Assembly: GCA_036494575.1 (NCBI GenBank)
Contig: DASXOE010000048.1
Span: 3,521-67,520 of the forward strand
Direction of reading: 5' to 3'
DNA length: 64,000 nt
From: Polyangia bacterium
Lineage (GTDB): Bacteria > Myxococcota_A > Polyangia > Fen-1088
The notes under the pieces were generated by a model. It had not been told where the DNA came from, searched no databases, and saw only the letters and a program-made list of their open reading frames with translations. Position 1 is the first letter of the stretch; each line of letters begins with the position of its first letter. Made by a program: the position numbers and the translations under genes. Of the stretch, positions 28,443-36,516 are shown piece by piece.

Positions 28443-30119
28443 ATGGCGAAGCACGGCCGCTACAAGATCGTCCGGAAGGTTGCGGACGGCGGCATGGCCG
28501 AGATCTTCCTCGCGATGCAGCTCGGCCGCGAGGGCTTCCAGAAGCCCGTGATCCTGAAGCGGATCCACAGCACGATCTACGCGGATCCGCAGTTCCGTAA
28601 CATGTTCATCGACGAGGCCCACATCTCGATGGGCCTGTCGCACAGCAACATCGTGCAGATCCTCGACCTCGGCGTCGGCAGCGGCCGCTATTTCCTCGTC
28701 ATGGAGGTCGTCGACGGCTGGGACCTCGGGAGGGTGCTCCAGCGCGCCGCGATGGCGGGGACGCCGTTGCCGCGCGAGCTCGGCCTGCACGTCACGGCCG
28801 AGGTCTGCCGCGCGCTCGCCTACGCGCACGGCAAGATGGACGCCGCGGGCGAGCGGCCGCTCGGCATCGTTCACCGCGACGTCAGCCCCCAGAACATTCT
28901 CCTCTCGGAGCAGGGCGAGGTGAAGCTCACGGACTTCGGCATCGCCAAGGCCATGGGCAAGCGCGAACAGACGGGGACGGGCGTCGTGAAAGGAAAGGTG
29001 GCGTTCATGGCGCCCGAGCAGGCGCTCGGAAAGACCATCGACGCGCGCTCTGATCTCTTCGCGCTCGGAACGGTGCTCTACCAGCTCATGGTTGGCGTGC
29101 GCCCGTTCGAGGCGCCCACGGATCTCGAGGTGCTGCTGCGCGTGCAGCGCGCCGACTTCCGTCCCGCCGAGGTCGCGGCGCCGGATCTGCCCACGCACGT
29201 GAGCGCGATCATCGGGCGCGCCATGCAGCTCGATCCCGACATGCGTTACCAGAGCGCCGAGGAGATGCTCAACGACATCGAGCAGGTCCTGCGCACGGTG
29301 TTCAATCCCGTGGGTCAGACCGAGCTCAAGCGCTGGCTCGCGGCGCTGGGCGCGCGTGACGGTCAATTGCCCATGGCCAAGGGCGCGCAGACGCCTCCGC
29401 CCGGGCGCCTCCCGGGCACGGGCGAGATGGAGGGCAAGGACGTCGTCCTGGAGGAGGTCGACGGCGAGGAGGCCACGTCGCTCGCGAGCATCGACGGGCC
29501 CGGCGGCGAGATGCGCCAGCGCATGACGCGCCCGCGCGCCGCCGAAGAGCTCGCGCTGCCGGTGCCGCACGACGACGAGTCGGCGCTGTCGGGCCGCATG
29601 AGCCCGCTCGAGTTTCCGCTGCCGCTGTCGGACACCGAGGAGCGCCCCGGCCGGCGGCGCGTGCGTAGCGGCGGCGGCTTCTCTACGATTCTCTTCGGGT
29701 TGTTGCTCATCGGCGGCGCGGCGTTCGCGGGCCGTTACTTCGGGCTGCTGCGAGAGAAGCAGGGCGCCGACGAGCCGCCGCCCGCGACCGTCAGCCCCGC
29801 CAAGACGGCTGAGGCCGAGGCGAGCAAGGCCGACAAGCCGCGGCCCGCTTCGGAGAAACACGCCGTCGCGGCGGCGGCGTCGTCGACCGGGACGGGGCAC
29901 GACGGCGGAGCGGCGGCCACGACCCACCTCGCGGCGCGCAAGGCCGAGGCGGCCGAGCCCGCGCGCGAGCCGCCGCGCCATCCGCGGGGTCCCTCCGAGA
30001 AGCCCGAGCACCTCCGGCGCATCGACGAGCTCAAGAGCATGATGGCCCCCGATCCGTCGCTCGACCCGATACCCACGCCGAGCGAGCCGCCGCCCGCGCC
30101 GGCTCCTGCGAATCCCTAG
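28443..30119 (+). CDS. Hanks-type Ser/Thr protein kinase with a C-terminal TM helix and a Pro-rich tail
   Basis: 'GGMAEIFLA', 'VILKRI', 'IVHRDVSPQNILL', 'LTDFGIAK' and 'APEQ'. The later hydrophobic segment is 'FSTILFGLLLIGGAAFAGRYF'. Confidence 0.9.
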   Translation: MAKHGRYKIVRKVADGGMAEIFLAMQLGREGFQKPVILKRIHSTIYADPQFRNMFIDEAHISMGLSHSNIVQILDLGVGSGRYFLVMEVVDGWDLGRVLQRAAMAGTPLPRELGLHVTAEVCRALAYAHGKMDAAGERPLGIVHRDVSPQNILLSEQGEVKLTDFGIAKAMGKREQTGTGVVKGKVAFMAPEQALGKTIDARSDLFALGTVLYQLMVGVRPFEAPTDLEVLLRVQRADFRPAEVAAPDLPTHVSAIIGRAMQLDPDMRYQSAEEMLNDIEQVLRTVFNPVGQTELKRWLAALGARDGQLPMAKGAQTPPPGRLPGTGEMEGKDVVLEEVDGEEATSLASIDGPGGEMRQRMTRPRAAEELALPVPHDDESALSGRMSPLEFPLPLSDTEERPGRRRVRSGGGFSTILFGLLLIGGAAFAGRYFGLLREKQGADEPPPATVSPAKTAEAEASKADKPRPASEKHAVAAAASSTGTGHDGGAAATTHLAARKAEAAEPAREPPRHPRGPSEKPEHLRRIDELKSMMAPDPSLDPIPTPSEPPPAPAPANP

Positions 30120-30126
30120 AGGCCTC

Positions 30127-30318
30127 TCAGCGCTTGTTGCTGAAAGGGCGGACGACGCCTGGTTTCCGCGGCCCGAGGCCGATCTCCGCCGCGATCTCGC
30201 GCAGCAGACGCGCGAGCTCACGCACCTCGGCCTCGGGCGCCGGTGTGCCGGTCGCGATGCGATCGGCGATGAAGTCCGCCTTCTCGCTCGCGACGGTCAC
30301 GCGATCCTTGGACGACAT
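30127..30318 (-). CDS. Small hypothetical protein (63 aa)
   Basis: ATG at 30318. Third positions are almost all G/C. The sequence is 'MSSKDRVTVASEKADFIADRIATGTPAPEAEVRELARLLREIAAEIGL...'. No homology recognised. Confidence 0.4.
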   Translation of the reverse strand: MSSKDRVTVASEKADFIADRIATGTPAPEAEVRELARLLREIAAEIGLGPRKPGVVRPFSNKR

Positions 30319-30348
30319 TCCGTACGTTCCCAATCGACGGGTAGCCGG

Positions 30349-30606
30349 CTACTGACGCGTCTCGTTCCGTGGACGGTCCAGGGCTCGCGCTGCGTCGAAG
30401 CCTTCGTCGAAGCCTTCGACGCCTCGGAGGTCGCGTCTCGCGCCGACGACGCGAAGCAAGAGCGCCACGAGGGCCGGGCTGGCCATGACGGCGTCGCCAT
30501 CGTCCGAGAGGCCTCCCACGGCCTCGTCCAGGTCGTCGCAGGCGGCCTCGAGGGAGGCGCGCGCGGTCGCGAGCGTGAGGGGCCCGGTCACGGAGGCGCT
30601 CTTCAA
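30349..30606 (-). CDS. Small acidic hypothetical protein (about 85 aa; start uncertain)
   Basis: The distal part of the 157-aa track ORF has coding-like third-position bias. The TTG at 30606 is the most upstream plausible start. The N-terminal Arg/Pro-rich part of the track ORF was discarded. Confidence 0.3.
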   Translation of the reverse strand: MKSASVTGPLTLATARASLEAACDDLDEAVGGLSDDGDAVMASPALVALLLRVVGARRDLRGVEGFDEGFDAARALDRPRNETRQ

Positions 30607-30842
30607 GAGCGGGCCCCGAGCGGCCGGGAGACGACTCGCCGGACGCTCCGACCCCGCTGGGACACGCAATACATCCTCTTTCTTGGGCCGAAACCGGAGA
30701 GATCGCAAGATTTCTTTCGGATGACGCGGTCGACCTCGCGGGTCGCAGGTCCGGCGAGACGGACGAACCGGCGCTGGGTTTTTCGTTCTGGGCCCGAGCC
30801 GTGTCTGTTTGTGCGCTCGCAAGAGCGACCAAAGGAGAGCGG

Positions 30843-31853
30843 ATGAAACGGCTGACTTCGATGTGCGCGCTGGTGGGATTGATGGCCGTCTTCGCGGGGA
30901 CGGGCTGCCGCAAGACGGACGACGAGGCCTTTCGCGCCGGCGTGCCGACGCGCGAGGCGGTGACGCTCCACGTGGCGGGCGTGCCCGACGACGGCGGCGG
31001 CGCGAGCGGCGCCGTGACGAGCGCTCTCGTTGGGCAGAAGGCCGATACGTACACGCTCACGCGCGTCGTGACGGCCGTCGTGAATGGGGGGACGTGGGCC
31101 GTGCTGACGCTCGTCAAGACTGTGGTGTCCTTCCCGGCGACCACCGCCTCTCACGACGTGGCGGTCTGGGGCCCGCACACCGACCCGCTCTCGCCCAACA
31201 CCTGGCGCCTCACGGTGACCCGCCTCGGGCCGCACGAGTTCCAGTGGCTCTTCGAGGGGCGCGACAAGACCAAAGGCGACGACGCGTTCCTCGCGATCAT
31301 CACGGGCACGCACACGGCGGCGGTCGACGCGCAGGACGATCCCATCGAGGGCTTCGGCAGTGGCAGCTTCACGATTGACTGGGACAAGGCGGCGATGCTG
31401 CCCGAGCACGACACGAACGTCGGCCGCGCGGCCTTCACCTACTCGCGCCTCACGACCGACGCCGTCGTGACGGTGGACGTCGACTTCACGGGCATCCGCG
31501 ACGACAAGACCTCGGAGATCTTCGACGCCAAGTACCGCTACACGTCGACGCCCGGGCAGGGCGGTAAGCTCCGCTACGCCGAGGACAAAGACAACGTGCC
31601 GGCGCCAGGCAATACGGGGACGGCTAAGGAGCACTTCACGATCGAGAGCCGCTGGACCGAGCAGGGCGTGGGCCGCTGCGACCTCCAGGACTCGGGCGGC
31701 GACCTCATGAGCACGATCGCGCACGCCTCCGAGTGCTGGGATTCCAATTTCGACAGCGTCTACCGAGATCTCGAGTACCCCGACCCCGCGGGCAACTGGG
31801 GCGCCGAGAGCGCTTGTACCGGCTTCCCAACGGCTGAATACCCAAACCTTTAA
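30843..31853 (+). CDS. Hypothetical lipoprotein (paralog of 35045-36013)
   Basis: RBS 'AAAGGAGAG' and the lipobox 'FAGTGC'. It shows collinear similarity to the lipoprotein at 35045-36013 (see findings). Confidence 0.75.
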   Translation: MKRLTSMCALVGLMAVFAGTGCRKTDDEAFRAGVPTREAVTLHVAGVPDDGGGASGAVTSALVGQKADTYTLTRVVTAVVNGGTWAVLTLVKTVVSFPATTASHDVAVWGPHTDPLSPNTWRLTVTRLGPHEFQWLFEGRDKTKGDDAFLAIITGTHTAAVDAQDDPIEGFGSGSFTIDWDKAAMLPEHDTNVGRAAFTYSRLTTDAVVTVDVDFTGIRDDKTSEIFDAKYRYTSTPGQGGKLRYAEDKDNVPAPGNTGTAKEHFTIESRWTEQGVGRCDLQDSGGDLMSTIAHASECWDSNFDSVYRDLEYPDPAGNWGAESACTGFPTAEYPNL

Positions 31854-31996
31854 AATGGGAACCCTGAGAGGGTTCCCATACCCTCCAAGTAACCGGCTCC
31901 GGCGGGCGAAGCCCGCCTGCGGCTCTAAAATGGGAACCCTGAGAGGGTTCCCATACCCTCCAAGTAACCGGCTCCGGCGGGCGAAGCCCGCCTGCG
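31851..31996. repeat. Two tandem copies of a 75-bp unit, each carrying two short GC-rich hairpins
   Basis: Copy 1 is 31851-31925. Copy 2 starts at 31926 and is identical for 71 bp. The copy 1 hairpins are GGGAACCCT-gag-AGGGTTCCC (31857-31877) and GGCGGGC-gaa-GCCCGCC (31901-31917). Confidence 0.9.
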
Positions 31997-32001
31997 CCTT
32001 C

Positions 32002-32039
32002 GTGTTGAGGTGCTCACGTTGTGTTGAGGCGCTCACGTT
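32002..32039. repeat. 2 x 19-bp direct repeat (GTGTTGAGG[T/C]GCTCACGTT) ending 6 nt before the ECF sigma start codon
   Basis: Read directly at 32002-32020 and 32021-32039, with the ATG at 32046. No Shine-Dalgarno sequence is visible between them. Confidence 0.85.
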
Positions 32040-32045
32040 GATCAT

Positions 32046-32597
32046 ATGAGCGAAACTGGTAGCCGACCCATTTTGAAGCTCGTCGCCGGCGGGAAGGCCG
32101 ACGACACGCGGGCGGCGCTGCGCGAGCTTTACGCGGCGTATGGCGGCAGCGTCTACGGGCGCTGCCAGTATCTGTTACGCGACCGGGTCAAGGCCGAGGA
32201 CGCCATGCAGGACGTGTTCGCGAAGGCTCTCTCGCACTGGGGCGAGTTCCGGAGCGAGTCGTCGCCGCTGACGTGGCTCATCAGAATCGCGACGCATCAC
32301 TGCCTCAACGTGCAGCGCGCCGAGCGCGCGCCCTGGCACAAGCTCTTCGCGCGGCAGGAGCGCGCCCGCGCCGAGGGTCACGGCGGCCCCCAGCTGCTCG
32401 AGGATCGCGACACCGTGCGCAACCTGCTCGCGGGGCTCGACCTCGAGACACAGCAGGCGGCCATTCACTACTTCGTCGACGAGATGACGCTCGAAGAGGT
32501 CGCGAAGGCGCTGGGTCGGTCGGTGCCGACGGTTCGCAAACGACTGGAGAGCGTGTCGGCCCTGGCCGGACGGAGCATGAAGGAGATCGAGCCATGA
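32046..32597 (+). CDS. ECF-type RNA polymerase sigma-70 family factor
   Basis: 183 aa. Region 2 is 'LYAAYGGSVYGRCQYLLRDRVKAEDAMQDVFAKAL...WLIRIATHHCLN'. Region 4 is 'AIHYFVDEMTLEEVAKALGRSVPTVRKRL'. Confidence 0.9.
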   Translation: MSETGSRPILKLVAGGKADDTRAALRELYAAYGGSVYGRCQYLLRDRVKAEDAMQDVFAKALSHWGEFRSESSPLTWLIRIATHHCLNVQRAERAPWHKLFARQERARAEGHGGPQLLEDRDTVRNLLAGLDLETQQAAIHYFVDEMTLEEVAKALGRSVPTVRKRLESVSALAGRSMKEIEP

Positions 32598-33421
32598 GCG
32601 CGCAGATGCAAGACAGGCACGTGGGAGAGCTCGCGCTGCGCCGGCTTCGCGCCGGCGAAGCGGTTCGAAACGAAGCGGTTCGAAACGAAGCGGTTCGAGA
32701 CGGGGCGTCGCCGGAGAGCGCCGCGCACGCCGAGACGTGCGCGGATTGCCGCGCGCGACTCAAGTCGTTCGACGACGAGCAACGCCGGTTCGAGCAAGAG
32801 ATCTCGTTCGACCGGTTCGCGGCGGGCGTGACGCGCGCGGCGCGCACGGCGGCGCCCCGCCGCGGCGCGCCGCTTCGCACCGTGCGCTTCATGCTCCCCA
32901 CCTTGAGCCTGGCCGCGGGCATCGCGCTGTTCGTCGGCGTCACCGCGAGGCGCGAGCATCTTCCGAGCTCGCACAACTCCGTCAAGGGCGGCGCCGCGAT
33001 CACTGTGCGCGTCTCGGCGGGCGACACCGGACCCCAGCGCTTCGCCGCCGAGAGCGCGCCCGAGGCCCTCGCGCCCGGTGAGCGCGTGCGCATCGGCTAC
33101 CAGCCGGGGGCGCGCCGCTATCTGCTCTCGCTCTCGATCGACGAGGCGGGTGAGGTGACGCCGCTCTACCCCGAGGTGGGCCGGAGCGTGCCGGTGGGCA
33201 AGGCCGTGGGCGCGGGTCTGCGCTACCTGCCCGACAGCATCGAGTTCACCGACGCGGGCGCGGAACGGCTGTTCGTGATCCTGAGCGATCAGCCCATCGA
33301 CGTCGACGCGGCCCGCCGCGCCGCGCGCACCTCGTTCGCGCGCGCCAAGGGCGATATCCTGCACATGCCGGCGCTCGAGCTGCCCGGAGAGCAGTTCCAG
33401 CGGACCTTCATCAAACCCTGA
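32594..33421 (+). CDS. Anti-sigma factor (zf-HC2-like N-terminus, one TM helix, DUF4384-like extracytoplasmic domain)
   Basis: The ATG overlaps the sigma stop (ATGA at 32594-32597). 'HVGELALRRL...HAETCADCRARL' is H-x-C-x2-C-like. The TM helix is 'FMLPTLSLAAGIALFVGV'. The C-terminal 'ERVRIGYQPGARRYLLSLSIDEAGEVTPLYPE...ERLFVILSDQP' resembles DUF4384 (from memory). Confidence 0.8.
   Translation: MSAQMQDRHVGELALRRLRAGEAVRNEAVRNEAVRDGASPESAAHAETCADCRARLKSFDDEQRRFEQEISFDRFAAGVTRAARTAAPRRGAPLRTVRFMLPTLSLAAGIALFVGVTARREHLPSSHNSVKGGAAITVRVSAGDTGPQRFAAESAPEALAPGERVRIGYQPGARRYLLSLSIDEAGEVTPLYPEVGRSVPVGKAVGAGLRYLPDSIEFTDAGAERLFVILSDQPIDVDAARRAARTSFARAKGDILHMPALELPGEQFQRTFIKP
32657..32701. repeat. 3 x 15-bp in-frame tandem repeat (gaagcggttcgaaac) encoding EAVRN-EAVRN-EAVRD in the anti-sigma N-terminal domain
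   Basis: Read directly. The third copy has one mismatch. Confidence 0.9.
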
Positions 33422-33456
33422 CTTTCGATGATGAACGGAAGCTCGGCCGGCGTCGC

Positions 33457-35055
33457 ATGAACATGAAGCGGACAAGCCTCGCCGTCGCCGTCGCCGTCGC
33501 CGTGGGGCTGACGGCCTCCGCGGCGCGCGCCGATGGCCTGCACCGGTTCGCCGTGATCGTGGGCAACGACACGGGTGGGAGCGACACGCGGCCGCTCGTG
33601 TATGCGCGCGCCGACGCGCGCAAGGTCTACGACATCCTCACGCGCCTCGGCGGCGTGCGCGTCGACGACGCGCAGCTCGTCCTCGACGGCAGCGCGCAGG
33701 ATCTACTGGCGGCGCTGGCCGGAACCGAGCGCCGGGCCGCCGACGCGCACGCGCGCGGCGAGCGCACTGCGCTCATCCTCTACTACTCGGGCCACGCCAA
33801 GGACGGCGCGCTTCGGCTCGGCGACACGCGGCTGCCGCTCGACTCGCTCAAGGCGCGCGTCTCCGCCTCGCCCGTCGACGTGCGCATCGCCATCCTCGAC
33901 TCGTGCCGTTCGGGCGAGCTCACGCGCACGAAGGGAGCGCGGCGCGCGCCCGCGTTTCAAATCCAGGCCGAAGGCCCGCGCGACGCCAAGGGCCTCGTCA
34001 TCCTCACGTCGAGCTCGTCCGACGAGGACTCGCAGGAGTCGGACCTCGTGGGCGGCAGCTACTTCTCGCACCACCTCGCGAGCGGGCTGCTCGGCGGCGC
34101 CGACAAGTCTGGCGACGGCCGCGTCACGCTCTTCGAGGCTTACGCCTATGCCTACGATCGCACGGTGGCGGACACGGCCGAGACGGCCGCGGGCCCGCAG
34201 CACCCGACGTTCAGCTACGACCTCGCGGGCAACGGCGATCTCGTCCTCACCGACGTCGCCGCGCGGCGCGAGGGCATCTACCTTCCCCGCGAGGCGCCCG
34301 GCGGGGTCTATTACCTCGTGGACCGACAGGGCTTCGTCGCCGCCGAGATCGTCAAGGAGGCGAGCGACCGGCGCATCGCGCTGCCGCCCGGCCGCTATCG
34401 CGTCAAGCGCCGCCTCGCCGATCGACTGCGCGTGGGCGAGCTCGAGGTGGCCGCGGGCCAGATGAGCACTCTCGACGAGAGCCGTCTGCGCGACGCGCCG
34501 TTCACCGACGATCCGGTCAAGGGCGCGATGCGCGTCGACGTCTCGCGCTGGTCCGTGGGCGTCGGCGGTGGGTTCCAGGCGGTCTTCGACGCGCCCACGC
34601 GGCAGAGCCTTTTTCCCGCCACGGGGCTCGTGGGCGTCGACCTGCAGCTCCGGAGCTTCTTCCGGCGCGACTGGGTCTGGGGCCTCGACGCCGCGGGCGG
34701 GGGTGCCAACGGCGTCGTGACCCTTCCACCGTCAGGGACGGCGGCACCCTTCCGGTTCAGCGAGCTGTCGTTCGCGTCCTCGCTCGTCGTCGAGTGGCCA
34801 CACCGTCTGCTGACGCCGTTCGTGGGCGGCCGCCTGGCGCTCCTGCTCATGACACGCCGGTTCGACGCGGACGCGTTTCCCGCGCAGTACTTCTCGACGC
34901 TGTCGCCCGGGCTCGTGGGCGGCACCACCTGGCGCGTCGCGCGCAGCTGGGGCGTCGTGCTGCGCGCGCGCGTGCACTACCTCCTCTACAACGTAGATGA
35001 AAACCGCTCCCTGGGATTCTGGGAGCTCGCCACGGCGGTGTCATATGATCTCTGA
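33457..35055 (+). CDS. Secreted caspase-family (peptidase C14) protein with a C-terminal putative beta-barrel domain
   Basis: The signal peptide is 'MNMKRTSLAVAVAVAVGLTASAARA'. 'FAVIVGND', the catalytic His context 'LILYYSGHAKDG' and the catalytic Cys context 'IAILDSCRSGE' are present. The C-terminal ~190 aa has alternating amphipathic strands. Confidence 0.85.
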   Translation: MNMKRTSLAVAVAVAVGLTASAARADGLHRFAVIVGNDTGGSDTRPLVYARADARKVYDILTRLGGVRVDDAQLVLDGSAQDLLAALAGTERRAADAHARGERTALILYYSGHAKDGALRLGDTRLPLDSLKARVSASPVDVRIAILDSCRSGELTRTKGARRAPAFQIQAEGPRDAKGLVILTSSSSDEDSQESDLVGGSYFSHHLASGLLGGADKSGDGRVTLFEAYAYAYDRTVADTAETAAGPQHPTFSYDLAGNGDLVLTDVAARREGIYLPREAPGGVYYLVDRQGFVAAEIVKEASDRRIALPPGRYRVKRRLADRLRVGELEVAAGQMSTLDESRLRDAPFTDDPVKGAMRVDVSRWSVGVGGGFQAVFDAPTRQSLFPATGLVGVDLQLRSFFRRDWVWGLDAAGGGANGVVTLPPSGTAAPFRFSELSFASSLVVEWPHRLLTPFVGGRLALLLMTRRFDADAFPAQYFSTLSPGLVGGTTWRVARSWGVVLRARVHYLLYNVDENRSLGFWELATAVSYDL

Positions 35056-36013
35056 ACGGCGGCTGCTCTCGCTCTCGGTGGCGTTGGCTTGCGCGGCGCT
35101 CGTCGCCGCCGGGTGCGGCAATTACTCGAACGAGGATCTCGAGTTCATGAACGCGCTGCCGGAGAGCAGCGACCTGCGCGCCAACATCCCGCCGCGCTCG
35201 AGCGCCCTCGAGCCGGCCGACGAGGCGGAGCTCGCGCGCGAGACCCACACGGTGACGACGGGGTTCAACGGCCTGCTCATGGCGCTCGTCGGGATCGTCG
35301 ACACGGTTCGCAGCTATCCGCCCACGACGCGAACGCCCGACGGGCGCATCTGGGGGCCGTTCCCCGCCGATCGCGCGAAGATGAAGAACCTCGACTGGCA
35401 AACGCGCATGATCGTGAGCCGTCACCCAGGAGCGGCCGATCAATTCGACTATGAGATCTCCGTGCACCACGCCCCAGGCGCGGACACGGATTGGCCTCTC
35501 TTCGTGAGCGGTTGGTTCCAGGCCGGGCACACGGCGCGCCGGGGCGTGGGCCACGTCGAGCTCGTCACGGCCGCCGTGCGGGCCGAGGGCCTGGACGTCT
35601 CGGATCTGGGAATGCTCGACCACCTCGAGATCGACTACGACACGCTGGACGATCCGATCACAATCACCATGAACGTCGCCAATTTGCCTGACCCGAGCAC
35701 CCCCGATCCGGCCGGCAAGGTGATTTACACGTATCGCGCCAACGCGGAGGGCCAGGGTGAGATGACCTTCGACCTCTTCGGGCAGATCGTGCCGGGTCCG
35801 GCCAGCGAAGACGTGAGAGTCGTGAGCCAGTGGCTGAGCACGGGCGCCGGTCGGGCCACGCTCACGGTCGTAGCGGGGGATGGCATGGGCTCGCAGCAGA
35901 TGGAGTGCTGGGACAGGTCATTTCGGGCGACATTCAACGCCAAGCCATGGTCGACCGGAGAGGACGTGCCGGGCGACCCGACGGTGGCATGCCCCGTGAT
36001 TCCCACCCTTTAG
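35045..36013 (+). CDS. Hypothetical lipoprotein (paralog of 30843-31853)
   Basis: The start was trimmed to 'MISERRLLSLSVALACAALVAAGC' (lipobox). It overlaps the caspase gene stop by 11 nt. Confidence 0.75.
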   Translation: MISERRLLSLSVALACAALVAAGCGNYSNEDLEFMNALPESSDLRANIPPRSSALEPADEAELARETHTVTTGFNGLLMALVGIVDTVRSYPPTTRTPDGRIWGPFPADRAKMKNLDWQTRMIVSRHPGAADQFDYEISVHHAPGADTDWPLFVSGWFQAGHTARRGVGHVELVTAAVRAEGLDVSDLGMLDHLEIDYDTLDDPITITMNVANLPDPSTPDPAGKVIYTYRANAEGQGEMTFDLFGQIVPGPASEDVRVVSQWLSTGAGRATLTVVAGDGMGSQQMECWDRSFRATFNAKPWSTGEDVPGDPTVACPVIPTL

Positions 36014-36183
36014 GTGACCGACGCGCCGCTTGGGCCATTCTGCTCGGGCGGCGTCGGCGGTGCGTCGTTAGGGCAAGCGTCGGCAGGAACGATGGAATCC
36101 CAGGATGGATTCGGGGGCTGGTTCCAGGGTATGATGTTGTCTCACCACCCGATAGCCGCCCCCGCGGAGAAGGACCCCACCCT

Positions 36184-36516
36184 TTGGCCGAGCACTTTCG
36201 ACGAATCGACCCTCGATATGAGCGCCAGCTCGATGTCGAGGTCGTGGCGGATGGGAAGAAACACACCTCCCGCACCGTGAACATCTCGCTCGGCGGGCTC
36301 TTTTTGGACTCGTCGACGCCGCTCGAGCTCGGCGTGACGGTCCAGCTCCGATTTCAGCTTCCCACGCAGCCGGAGCCCGTCGAGGTGGCCGGCGACGTCC
36401 GTTGGGTCGTCAAGAAGGACGGCAACCACTCGGGCATCGGCATCCGCTTCCAGGGCCTGCGCGCGCGCGACGTCTGGGCCCTGAACCAGTTCTTTCAGTC
36501 TAGTTCGGGCCCCTGA
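36184..36516 (+). CDS. PilZ-domain (c-di-GMP-binding) protein
   Basis: 'RRIDPRYER' (RxxxR) and 'NISLGGLFL' (D/NxSxxG) are separated by the usual spacing. The start is tentative: TTG at 36184, 9 nt after 'GGAGAAGGA'. There is no in-frame ATG closer to the domain. Confidence 0.65.
   Translation: MAEHFRRIDPRYERQLDVEVVADGKKHTSRTVNISLGGLFLDSSTPLELGVTVQLRFQLPTQPEPVEVAGDVRWVVKKDGNHSGIGIRFQGLRARDVWALNQFFQSSSGP

Noticed and set aside
31851-31996. A possible CRISPR array.
   Set aside because: There are only two directly abutting copies with no spacers between them, the unit is 75 bp, and no cas genes are in the window.
31855-32049. A 64-aa ORF with an internally duplicated peptide (MGTLRGFPYPPSNRLRRAKPAC x2).
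   Set aside because: It is simply the translation of the 75-bp tandem DNA repeat. The region lacks the third-position G/C bias of real genes here, and the hairpin structure points to an RNA- or DNA-level element.
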